Of a stretch of 64,000 nt of DNA, positions 35,619 to 44,244 are shown one piece after another (within the stretch, counting starts at the first letter, position 1; each line of letters opens with the position of its first letter). The notes under the pieces were generated by a model. It saw nothing but the letters and a program-made list of their open reading frames with translations, ran no database searches and was not told where the DNA came from. The DNA is from an uncultured virus (IMG/VR IMGVR_UViG_3300047476_001538) (Duplodnaviria; Heunggongvirae; Uroviricota; Caudoviricetes): positions 11,772 to 75,771 of IMG/VR virus record IMGVR_UViG_3300047476_001538; one strand, 5' to 3'. The translations under genes were made by a program, and so were the position numbers.

Positions 35619-36206
35619 ATGAAAATTTCAGAAATTGTTAAACCATTAACTGAGGCGATCAACAATCCTTATCCTATAGTCAAGTTACGACCGACTGCTT
35701 GGGAAATTCACATCACTGATGACAAAAGCGACTCAAATAAAATAACCTATACTATAATAGTTAATGTCGCAGTATCTTCCGTAAAGAACTTTAAGATGCT
35801 ATCTCTGTTATTCCGAGACACTAATTCCGGAAATATGAATTTAGTCAATCATTTTAAAGGTGCGGGAGCATCTAGAGTATTAGCCTCAATAAAAGAAATA
35901 ATTTCAAGATATCGTGGAATTGATTTAATGGTGTTTATACCTTCAGACACAAACGTGGAAGTAGAAGGAAAAAAGGCTAGACTATACATGATAGTGTTGA
36001 ATATGCTGAAAAATTCAGGATTCTTCGCAGAGATCGGTCAAACCTCAATAAACGAAGTTGATGTATGTTACGCTATTCCGAATGGATCACCAATATGGAA
36101 AATGAATCAAAAGCAAATCGATGATTTAATTTTTGATTTTGGAATAGCTAAACAACAAGGTTCAGTCATTGGACCAAAACAAGACGCTGATAACATTGAA
36201 TACTGA
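35619..36206 (+). CDS. Protein with internal-protein-like leader and divergent PYP domain
   Basis: MKISEIVKPLTE-AINNPYPI..ARLY. Confidence 0.75.
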   Translation: MKISEIVKPLTEAINNPYPIVKLRPTAWEIHITDDKSDSNKITYTIIVNVAVSSVKNFKMLSLLFRDTNSGNMNLVNHFKGAGASRVLASIKEIISRYRGIDLMVFIPSDTNVEVEGKKARLYMIVLNMLKNSGFFAEIGQTSINEVDVCYAIPNGSPIWKMNQKQIDDLIFDFGIAKQQGSVIGPKQDADNIEY

Positions 36207-36238
36207 TTGGCTTACTCAGCCAGTGTGCGAAAACGAAT

Positions 36239-36697
36239 ATGAAAATTTTTGAAATAATATTGGATCAAGTGAGCAACACTGCTCTATTTGAGATGGCTTT
36301 TGAAAGAAAAAATGCCATCAATGCTGTAAGAGGCAAAGCAAAGCCTATAGTAGATCATTTAATTTACTTATTGATTTACAAAAACTCAAAAGCAAGAAAT
36401 CACTGGAAAAGTGAGTTATCAGCATTTATTGATAGCATTGATTATTTGTATTTGAAACCTAGCAAAAGAAAACTGTCAGGAAATGATTATTATAATCTTT
36501 TGTTTGAAGAACCGTTGGGCGGAGATATAATTCAAACTGAAAAACTAATAAATCAGGCTATTAGAAAAGAAGGCAATCCTGATATAAAAGTAAACCCATA
36601 TATACTCAAGGAATCCCTTGAAAAAATCATACATAAATTAAGTTTTGATTTAGCAAACGATCAATACATATCTATAGATGATTATGAGAATTTTTGA
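36239..36697 (+). CDS. DUF29-like helical protein, paralog 1
   Basis: MKIFEII..LFE-MAF; DHLI.L..NHW..E. Confidence 0.7.
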   Translation: MKIFEIILDQVSNTALFEMAFERKNAINAVRGKAKPIVDHLIYLLIYKNSKARNHWKSELSAFIDSIDYLYLKPSKRKLSGNDYYNLLFEEPLGGDIIQTEKLINQAIRKEGNPDIKVNPYILKESLEKIIHKLSFDLANDQYISIDDYENF

Positions 36698-37160
36698 AAT
36701 AATATTGGATCAAGTGAGCAACACTGCTCTATTTGAGATGGCATTCAAAAAACGAGAGGTCAGAGACAAGTTTGTCAATCAAAGCTATCAAATCGCAGAA
36801 CATTTAGTGAAAATCTTAGCATATGATGATCCGCAAAATTACAATCATTGGTGCGCCGAGATCAACGCTTTCCTAAAACCTCTTTGGGCTCTTCGTTGGG
36901 ATGGTAAAAAATTACTGAGTAAAGAAGAGATAATGAAATGCTTGTGGAAAAGTTTTTTAGAAAACGGAGAATACGATATTCAAGGAATAATCAAGAGTCT
37001 TGATATGATTGATGGTTATGCTGCCCCAAGAAATATTCGCACCACTTCGCAAATAAACTCTACCTTGATAAACATATACACCAAGTTAAGTGACTTATTA
37101 TCACGAGGCAAAAGAACGCCAATTCAAACTATACTACAAGAATTAGGCGTGAATTTATGA
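36684..37160 (+). CDS. DUF29-like helical protein, paralog 2
   Basis: Leader nearly identical in DNA to paralog 1; EHLVK..NHW..EI. Confidence 0.7.
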   Translation: MRIFEIILDQVSNTALFEMAFKKREVRDKFVNQSYQIAEHLVKILAYDDPQNYNHWCAEINAFLKPLWALRWDGKKLLSKEEIMKCLWKSFLENGEYDIQGIIKSLDMIDGYAAPRNIRTTSQINSTLINIYTKLSDLLSRGKRTPIQTILQELGVNL

Positions 37161-37642
37161 GAATTTCCGAAGTTATCCTTGACAAATTAAACGAAACTGC
37201 TCTATTTGAGATGGCTTTTGATAGGAAAGAAGCCATAAAAAAGTTTCAGAATCTTGACTACCAGATTCAAAGACATCTTATTAAAATAACAGCGTTCAAA
37301 GATGGGTTAAATTACCAACATCATTGTGGAGAAATCAACGGTTGGTTAGATCATCTAAATGATGTAAAATGGAACAGAACTCAATATCTTAGCAAATATA
37401 TCATCATGAAATGCTTATGGGAGGGTCCATTGGGTCATGGTGCTATTGCTGTTGAAGATGGCGTGAAAACTCTGATCAGAGTACATCGGTACAGTGTGCC
37501 GCGAAACGACTTATCCATTCACAGAATATATGAACTGCTATTCAAAATTTACGATGAAATGTCATTTGATTTGAGTAATGGAAACGTAAACAACATTCAG
37601 CATTACTTGACAAAAAACGGCTATTACGTACAGAATCCCTGA
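37157..37642 (+). CDS. DUF29-like helical protein, paralog 3
   Basis: MRISEVI..LFE-MAF; RHLIK..HH..EI. Confidence 0.7.
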   Translation: MRISEVILDKLNETALFEMAFDRKEAIKKFQNLDYQIQRHLIKITAFKDGLNYQHHCGEINGWLDHLNDVKWNRTQYLSKYIIMKCLWEGPLGHGAIAVEDGVKTLIRVHRYSVPRNDLSIHRIYELLFKIYDEMSFDLSNGNVNNIQHYLTKNGYYVQNP

Positions 37643-37690
37643 CAAACTTTCACTATCCTTTGGTAAATACAGTATTACTCAGAGGATAAT

Positions 37691-37804
37691 ATGGAAAAAA
37701 CTGTAACCGTTATTTTAAAAACTACTTTGTCAATATTTCTTTTATCGCTTGCTTTTTCTGTTGGGTGGTTTCTGAATCAAGTGATGAAAAATATTATTAC
37801 GTAA
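37691..37804 (+). CDS. 37-aa predicted membrane peptide (not in ORF track)
   Basis: GAGGA RBS, late-like box GTAAATA; hydrophobic segment. Confidence 0.5.
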   Translation: MEKTVTVILKTTLSIFLLSLAFSVGWFLNQVMKNIIT

Positions 37805-37850
37805 GCGACGTGTGATAAATAAAAGAGTAGGAAGGCAACACCCGACTAGC

Positions 37851-37930
37851 CTATCAAAAAGTATACTGTCTACTGGCGTATGAGACAACACTGCTCATAA
37901 TAAAGGTCCAAACAGTATACTTTTTGATAG
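37851..37930 (+). ncRNA. Long hairpin with internal bubble, candidate ncRNA
   Basis: Perfect 19-bp inverted repeat; inner TATGAG/CTCATA stem; GATAAATA at 37814. Confidence 0.5.
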
Positions 37931-37969
37931 ACGAGAAAGGATTTGAATTAAACAATGGTTGTATATCTT

Positions 37970-38280
37970 TCAAAGTGAAGGCATTGCGGACGGCGGTTCG
38001 ATCCCGCCCATTTCCAAAAATTTCTCTTCAAGATCATTCGACTGAGTGATCTTGTGGGGAATGACATGGTTTCGACGTGGTGAGATAGTGGAGAAGGCAA
38101 CCCGAGAGATGTCTGACGTAATCAGCATAAACATTATAGATGCTAAATCTACAAAAACTTCTGGAACTGTTACTGTATCTGGTAAGGGCATGAAATTTTC
38201 TGCTCGCACCGCTGTACGTGGAGTTGCGCTAGCCTAAGAAACTGGCACCAGCGGAGTTGATCACTCTGTTACAAGAACGA
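37970..38280 (+). ncRNA. ssrA: Circularly permuted (two-piece) tmRNA; outer ends approximate
   Basis: T-arm GGCGG-TTCGATC-CCGCC plus CATTTCC-A (38009-16) precedes the 5' strand GGGAATG (38057-63; G3.U70) and GGTTTCGAC; tag frame 38142-38237 ends VALA. Confidence 0.9.
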
Positions 38281-38285
38281 TTAAG

Positions 38286-38312
38286 AAAGCCCCTTTATTG
38301 GGGCTTTTCTTT
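38286..38312 (+). terminator. Intrinsic terminator after tmRNA
   Basis: AAAGCCCC-tttatt-GGGGCTTT plus T-tract. Confidence 0.85.
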
Positions 38313-38314
38313 GC

Positions 38315-38343
38315 TTGACATTCAGCAAACATTGTGTTATCAT
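38315..38343 (+). promoter_or_regulatory. Sigma70 promoter
   Basis: TTGACA-N17-TATCAT. Confidence 0.75.
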
Positions 38344-38374
38344 ATATTTTTTAATTACGCTTTAGGAGGATCAT

Positions 38375-39256
38375 ATGGGATCTTACACTAAGTTGTTGGC
38401 TAAACACATCAATCCGCCCCACTGGCTCGAAGACAATGTGATGTTCGAGGGCCTAACTGGTTCAGTTGCTTATGCTGTATCTAATGATATGTCAGATATG
38501 GATATTGTCGGATTTTGTATTCCGCCTAAAGAAATTGTATTCCCTCATTTAGGCGGAGAGATACCAGGGTTCGGTACACCTAAACCACGCTTTGATGACT
38601 TTCAAAAGCATCACATCAAACACGATCAACGTGAATATGATATTACCATTTACTCAATTGTAAAGTTTTTTCAATTGGTAATGGAGAACAATCCTAATAT
38701 GGTTGATGCTTTGTTCTTACCAAGGCGTTGTGTATTACACAGTACTCAGATTTATGAACATGTTCGGGATCACAGGAGTATGTTCTTGCACAAAGGATCA
38801 TGGTACAAATTTAGAGGCTATGCTTACAGCCAATTAAGTAAGATTAGAACTAAAAGCAACGCTTCTAATCCCAAGCGACAGGCTTCTATCGAAAAGTACG
38901 GCTACGATGTTAAATTTGCTTATCACATCGTTAGGTTGATGCTAGAAGTCGAACAAATTTTAGCTGAACACGATCTTGACCTACAACGTAACTCTGATAT
39001 TCTAAAAACTATTAGAAACGGAGAATGGACTTTTGAAAATATTGAATCTTGGTTTGATAACAAAGAAAAGTCACTTGAGATGTTGTATGCTAATTCAACA
39101 TTGCCCGCTAGACCAAATGAATCTAAAATTAAATCACTGCTAATGGAGTGTTTAGAGATGCATTATGGATCACTTGAGACCGTTATTCAAGTGTCTCCGC
39201 AAATGTCAAATTTAGTTGATGAATTAAAACGATTAACAGAGAAATATAATAGGTAG
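38375..39256 (+). CDS. RlaP/Nuc-transf-like nucleotidyltransferase
   Basis: GSVAY..SDMDIVG, NPN, GYA, YDVKFAYH..RL. Confidence 0.85.
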   Translation: MGSYTKLLAKHINPPHWLEDNVMFEGLTGSVAYAVSNDMSDMDIVGFCIPPKEIVFPHLGGEIPGFGTPKPRFDDFQKHHIKHDQREYDITIYSIVKFFQLVMENNPNMVDALFLPRRCVLHSTQIYEHVRDHRSMFLHKGSWYKFRGYAYSQLSKIRTKSNASNPKRQASIEKYGYDVKFAYHIVRLMLEVEQILAEHDLDLQRNSDILKTIRNGEWTFENIESWFDNKEKSLEMLYANSTLPARPNESKIKSLLMECLEMHYGSLETVIQVSPQMSNLVDELKRLTEKYNR

Positions 39257-39262
39257 TGCAAT

Positions 39263-39679
39263 ATGAAACTATTCTTAGATTGCGAATTTAATGAGTTCAA
39301 AGGTGAATTGATATCTATGGCTCTGGTGGCCGAAGATGGTCAAGAGTTCTACGAGGTGTTAGCTTGTCCTTCTCCTGGTCCCTGGGTCAAGGAACACGTT
39401 ATTCCTATTTTAAATAGAAACCCAGTAACTTTTGACATATTCCAATGGTTGTTGCAGGAATTTCTAATGCGATTTGATAGAATTCATATCGTTGCTGATT
39501 GGCCAGAAGACATCAAACACTTTTGCGATTCACTGATAACTGGACCAGGTGTGCGATTGAATACTCCGCCTCTGACAATGTCAATTCATCGTTTTGATGC
39601 TGAATCAACTCTGCCACATAATGCACTACACGATGCCAGAGGCATTATGGAATATTGGTTAAACAACAAGTACAACTAG
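39263..39679 (+). CDS. DEDDh 3'-5' exoribonuclease (RNase AS-like)
   Basis: FLDCEF, WVKEHV.P, HNALHDA. Confidence 0.8.
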   Translation: MKLFLDCEFNEFKGELISMALVAEDGQEFYEVLACPSPGPWVKEHVIPILNRNPVTFDIFQWLLQEFLMRFDRIHIVADWPEDIKHFCDSLITGPGVRLNTPPLTMSIHRFDAESTLPHNALHDARGIMEYWLNNKYN

Positions 39680-40245
39680 CGGTAGCCAATCTTCATGAAT
39701 CTGTCGTAAGGATTGCCCTCAACGTCTTTTACTTCAAGCTCGCCCACAAATAGTGTCTTAGATAGCGGATACTCATTATTAAAATCAGTTAGTGTTTCTA
39801 TTCCATTAGACCGTTCTTGATGATTCTTGCCTTGTAATGCTACAACGGTGCCCGCTGGAATATTCTCAAGCCACTTTGAGCCGAGAATGTCGTTGGTAGA
39901 TGAATTAATGATAAGAATATTATCGCCTTGAAATTCAATGTCATTGGCATCTTTGCAAACAGAAACAATATCAGAATAACCTTTTTTCTTGACAAGAGAA
40001 TCAAAATAAGTTATCTTGCGTTGATTATTATCAACACAGATTATTGTATCAAAGGTAATGTCAAACTGATTTATTACAATAGCTGTAGCACCATACCATG
40101 AACCAAGTACATAAATATTATCAAACTCATTGAGACCCATTGTAACTAGGGTCTGGCTTAGCCACATTTTGGAAATCAATAGATCACGCGATACGGAGCC
40201 TTTAGGGGTATCTGGTGATGATTCAATAATATCTTTAATTTTCAT
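39676..40245 (-). CDS. Class I SAM-dependent methyltransferase-like protein with internal-protein-like leader
   Basis: MKIKDIIE; VLGSWYG, CVD, INSS, RFMKIG. Confidence 0.7.
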   Translation of the reverse strand: MKIKDIIESSPDTPKGSVSRDLLISKMWLSQTLVTMGLNEFDNIYVLGSWYGATAIVINQFDITFDTIICVDNNQRKITYFDSLVKKKGYSDIVSVCKDANDIEFQGDNILIINSSTNDILGSKWLENIPAGTVVALQGKNHQERSNGIETLTDFNNEYPLSKTLFVGELEVKDVEGNPYDRFMKIGYR

Positions 40246-40253
40246 GCAAATGA

Positions 40254-40826
40254 TTAGAGAGAAGCTGCCTCTGCTTTGAGTTCATTCAACTGAGCATCAT
40301 AGGAATCACACCAACGATATACCCAATTCTTAATCTTAGCAAACACACTTGAGAACATACCTTCTTTGATTGGTTCAATTTTTAGACTGGGTGCTTTTTG
40401 TGTGACGGTAACCATTTCCTTCTTTAATCCTTCGAGAACTGTGATAAGTTCTGGCGTAAGATGATTGGTCAATTTATCAAGAATATCTTTATATTTTGGT
40501 GTCACTGTAGGAGCCGGATCCTTGCTCAATGTAATGATAAAGCTCACTGTTTCAATCACTCTGGTTCTTATTGCATCTTCAGCATCAAATAGATCAGCCA
40601 CATCCTCTCTGGATGCTTGTTTTACTTCTTCTTTTAGTTGCTTTATTTCTGCTTCCAGTTCTTGAATTCGGTTGACACGTTGAGATAACTTAGTAAAAGA
40701 TTGACTTTTGTAGCTTTTTAGTGAGGCTGTTACCTTCTTATCATCGCCCGCATATGATACATCTGGGTTATCGGTGATTCTGCCTTCACATAGATTGATT
40801 AGTTTTCTAAAATCTGTTGGGTTCAT
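40254..40826 (-). CDS. Late hypothetical coiled-coil protein
   Basis: GAGGA RBS and minus-strand GCTAAATA (40853-40860); leader FRKLINLCE-G. Confidence 0.75.
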   Translation of the reverse strand: MNPTDFRKLINLCEGRITDNPDVSYAGDDKKVTASLKSYKSQSFTKLSQRVNRIQELEAEIKQLKEEVKQASREDVADLFDAEDAIRTRVIETVSFIITLSKDPAPTVTPKYKDILDKLTNHLTPELITVLEGLKKEMVTVTQKAPSLKIEPIKEGMFSSVFAKIKNWVYRWCDSYDAQLNELKAEAASL

Positions 40827-40876
40827 ATTATCCTCAATAAATATCGTTTTAGTATTTAGCAGGAATTTTAAAACAC

Positions 40877-41350
40877 ATGATTACTCCATTTAAGCATCCA
40901 TTAACAAAAGACACACCAACAAGAGAAGATTTCTTCAATTTGGTTGACGTTACGTCCGATGACATGAACGAAACTCTTAATCAGATTATGAAATCAAGAT
41001 CAATAGATCATAGCTGGAAATGCTTTGACGGGCCTATTCATGTTTATGCCACAAACAGAAGCACCGATAATTTATTTGTGGGAGCGAGTACAAAAACGAT
41101 GTTCGTTCCGAATTATGAGGGTTCTCGGTTATACAATGGCTCTGAATTTGAAATGATTTTAGAAACAGCAGTCATCAATGTTATTTCCGTGAAAGCTATT
41201 CGTTGGATCAATCCGTTGTATAAGGATATGTTCGTAGAAGAATGTAGAGAAAAGAACATTGATATCAATAAAGCATTTGGTACGTTGACCTATGATACAT
41301 TTGATCGGTTTAACAGCTTTAAAGAAGCTGCATTGTTGTTGATGAGGTAA
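40877..41350 (+). CDS. Hypothetical protein (paralog of 30265)
   Basis: AIRWINP.YK..F.EEC. Confidence 0.7.
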   Translation: MITPFKHPLTKDTPTREDFFNLVDVTSDDMNETLNQIMKSRSIDHSWKCFDGPIHVYATNRSTDNLFVGASTKTMFVPNYEGSRLYNGSEFEMILETAVINVISVKAIRWINPLYKDMFVEECREKNIDINKAFGTLTYDTFDRFNSFKEAALLLMR

Positions 41351-41354
41351 GGTT

Positions 41355-42050
41355 ATGAATTTTTCCTTCGCATTCGATGTTGACGGCACTTTGACGTTAA
41401 GTCGTCAAAAAATTGATTCGGATTTTGCAGAGTGGTTTCTCAATTGGGTCAAGAAGCATAAGGTATACATTGTTACTGGCAGTGATTATGAAAAAACTGT
41501 AGAACAATTGGGACAAGAGATATGTGATTCGGTGGCTGGTATCTTCAATTGTTCTGGTAATGCTTTTTATATAAAGGGCGAATTACAATCATCCAATGAA
41601 TTTAAGCTAAACGACAGCCAAATGGAGATATTAAATCGTTATTTGTCTAAGAGTCCATTTCCTCTGAGAACCGGAAATCACTTTGAACAACGACAAGGAA
41701 TGTGTAATTTTAGCGTGGTTGGAAGAAATGCCACCATAGAAGAGCGGCAACAATATTCTGATTATGATGGTCGGGTTGCGGAACGTCAGCGTATTGTTAC
41801 TCAATTTAAGCATTGTTTTCCTGAGTTGGACGCAGTTCTTGGTGGTGATATTAGTATTGATATTTTTCCGAAGGGCAATGATAAGAGTCAAGTTGCTGAA
41901 AAATTGAAGCCATTTGTTTATTTTGGTGATCGTGTATTTCCGGGTGGAAATGATTACACTATTGCTAAGGAAGCAGAGGCTCATTATAACGTGAAAGATT
42001 GGCAAGAAACTCGGAGGATTATAGAATTGTATTACAATGAGAGCATATGA
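41355..42050 (+). CDS. Eukaryotic-type phosphomannomutase (HAD-IIB)
   Basis: FDVDGTLT, TGSD, NFS.VGR, GGDISIDIFPKG.DK, FGD..GGND. Confidence 0.9.
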   Translation: MNFSFAFDVDGTLTLSRQKIDSDFAEWFLNWVKKHKVYIVTGSDYEKTVEQLGQEICDSVAGIFNCSGNAFYIKGELQSSNEFKLNDSQMEILNRYLSKSPFPLRTGNHFEQRQGMCNFSVVGRNATIEERQQYSDYDGRVAERQRIVTQFKHCFPELDAVLGGDISIDIFPKGNDKSQVAEKLKPFVYFGDRVFPGGNDYTIAKEAEAHYNVKDWQETRRIIELYYNESI

Positions 42051-42570
42051 ATTTCTCAATGAGGTTTTAAATTCCGATGTACCCACAACAACCGATGATG
42101 ATTTAAGAAAATCAATTATTCAAACGTATGGTAAGAATATCATCTCTGGGCATACTTCTGTTTGGCAATCTGAAATAATGAAAAAAACCGGCGTGTGGGT
42201 TGTGAAAATAATGGATCGCTCTCGGCAGATTCAATATCATATTATGTCAGATGATGTTGAAGCAGGAGATGTAAAAACCGCAGATCAAATTGATTCCAAA
42301 ATAGGATTAGATTGTATGAACATTATTGCCAAGGATGCCTTGAGTTCCTTGAAAAACGGATATCCTGTGATTATTCTTGCACCAACCGAAGATAAAATAA
42401 TGTCATATAGTCAAATGGCAAAAATGCTATTGAGGTCAAAGAAAAGCGAGTTTAAACTGACCGAGCCATTTACTACATTGGGACTTGATAATATCCAAAG
42501 ATGGGGCATTAAGATTTTTGAAAACTATATTCCTAAATTGTCTGATGTGAAGTATGCACAGAAAAGATAA
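42037..42570 (+). CDS. Protein with internal-protein-like leader; stand-alone copy of a polyprotein module
   Basis: MRAYEFLNE; IQYHI..KIGLD..NII..DA..PV.I.AP. Confidence 0.8.
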   Translation: MRAYEFLNEVLNSDVPTTTDDDLRKSIIQTYGKNIISGHTSVWQSEIMKKTGVWVVKIMDRSRQIQYHIMSDDVEAGDVKTADQIDSKIGLDCMNIIAKDALSSLKNGYPVIILAPTEDKIMSYSQMAKMLLRSKKSEFKLTEPFTTLGLDNIQRWGIKIFENYIPKLSDVKYAQKR

Positions 42571-42578
42571 ATACAGTA

Positions 42579-43217
42579 ATGAGAGCGCATGAATTTATAA
42601 ATGAACGTGAGGAACCCATCAGTATTGGACCAAAAGGCAAACAAATGGTCGAATACGATGGTCTTGTATTACAAATAAAAGATGATGGTGTTACCGTTAC
42701 CGTCCATGCTTATCCATCTATAGATGATGCTCAAAATTATAAAAACACAATGGCGTATGTAGTATTTGATCGTGATCATAATACCTTAATTGCCGATGAT
42801 CTTGCAGTATATGATCCATACAAAGGACAAGGCGTTGCGAAAAAAATGTATGATTATATTAAATCCCTTGGATTTCGCATTTTAGCTAGCGATGATCAAA
42901 CAGCGGCTGGAAAGCATTTTTGGGAGAAGAATAAAGGCAACGACGGGATTTGGGAATCAGAAGAAGAAATCATCAACGAGCTAACTTTTTTTGGCAGTCA
43001 ATGTACTAAGGACTGCTCCGGACATCGCTCTGGCTACCTTTGGTCTCGTCGCAAAAATGCTCAACAGGTTCCACAATCACATAGTCCATCATTTAATAAA
43101 GGTGCTGCGATTGGTATTCAACATATGCGCCAAGGTAGGAACCCAATCGGGGCAAGCGGTATCCGTGGTCAACGTGGTCGCTACAGAAAATTCATTCCGG
43201 GAAAAACAGACGAATAA
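42579..43217 (+). CDS. GNAT acetyltransferase-like domain plus Cys motif, with internal-protein-like leader
   Basis: MRAHEFINE; YKGQGVAKKMY..QTAAGKHFW; INE-L..CTKDCSGH; GATAAATA at 42566. Confidence 0.75.
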   Translation: MRAHEFINEREEPISIGPKGKQMVEYDGLVLQIKDDGVTVTVHAYPSIDDAQNYKNTMAYVVFDRDHNTLIADDLAVYDPYKGQGVAKKMYDYIKSLGFRILASDDQTAAGKHFWEKNKGNDGIWESEEEIINELTFFGSQCTKDCSGHRSGYLWSRRKNAQQVPQSHSPSFNKGAAIGIQHMRQGRNPIGASGIRGQRGRYRKFIPGKTDE

Positions 43218-43307
43218 TTGCCGATTGCATTAACAGTAAACAATCTATTTTCTCAATTTTCACCCACTGTCATAATATTGTAACACTAATAGTGTTAAAT
43301 AGTTCTT

Positions 43308-44105
43308 ATGGAAACCAAACACTATAGAACTATATTCTTGTCCGACATTCATCTTGGATCAAAAGATTCAAAGGCAGAATTATTGTTGGACTTCTTAAAA
43401 CACAACACAGCGAACACCTATTATCTTGTTGGCGATATCATAGACCTATGGAAAGTCAAGCAAAATAAGTGGAAGTGGAAAAAGTCTCATACCGAGGTTG
43501 TCAGAAAATTTCTGAAAATCTCAAAACACGCCAGAGTAATCTACGTTATCGGAAATCACGATGAAGCAATCAGACCGTTTATAACCCATGGAATCGGTAT
43601 AGGAAAAATCGAATTCGTCAACAAAATAGATTTTATCGGTTCAAACGGAAAACGCTATCTGGTCATTCATGGTGATATGTTTGATGGCATCGGTGACATT
43701 GCTCCATGGTTGGGATTTTTAGGAGACAAGTCGTATGATTTACTGCTTGATCTCAATACAAAATACAACTGGATTCGGCATAAATTTGGCTTTGGCTATT
43801 GGTCATTCAGCAAGGTTATAAAGAAAAAGGTGAAAAATGCTGTTGACTTTATCTTCAAATTTGAGCATAATTTAGTAGATTACTGTAGAAGAAAATTTTA
43901 CGACGGGGTGGTGGCAGGTCATATTCATCATGCTGAAATAAAATCAATTGAAGGGATACATTATCTTAATACGGGCGATTTTGTTGAATCGTGTACAGCT
44001 ATCGTAGAGCATTTTGATGGCGATTTTGAGATAATAGTCTGGGAAACAATAAGAGCACCCGAACATGAAATGGATATTGCTTCTGACAGCGATCAACACG
44101 TTTAA
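43308..44105 (+). CDS. LpxH-like UDP-2,3-diacylglucosamine hydrolase family metallophosphoesterase
   Basis: SDIHLG, GDIID, GNHD, HGD, GHIH, NTGDFVESCT. Confidence 0.88.
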   Translation: METKHYRTIFLSDIHLGSKDSKAELLLDFLKHNTANTYYLVGDIIDLWKVKQNKWKWKKSHTEVVRKFLKISKHARVIYVIGNHDEAIRPFITHGIGIGKIEFVNKIDFIGSNGKRYLVIHGDMFDGIGDIAPWLGFLGDKSYDLLLDLNTKYNWIRHKFGFGYWSFSKVIKKKVKNAVDFIFKFEHNLVDYCRRKFYDGVVAGHIHHAEIKSIEGIHYLNTGDFVESCTAIVEHFDGDFEIIVWETIRAPEHEMDIASDSDQHV

Positions 44106-44244
44106 CGATAATGATCGTCCGGCACATATGACGATTGAATTTCCAAGCTTGGCAGCGTGTCAAGCATCAGCAAACACAATTCAATATGAATTGAATTTCA
44201 AAATATACAAAGTGGAACACAAGTGTCAAGAAAAAAACTCTTAA
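44065..44244 (+). CDS. 59-aa small protein (not in ORF track)
   Basis: MKWILLL..EF.S..AC..C, similar to 47502. Confidence 0.5.
   Translation: MKWILLLTAINTFNDNDRPAHMTIEFPSLAACQASANTIQYELNFKIYKVEHKCQEKNS

Noticed and set aside
38046-38237. 63-aa plus-strand ORF and the antisense 79-aa ORF (37970-38209)
   Set aside because: Both overlap the tmRNA; only the tag frame from 38142 is meaningful
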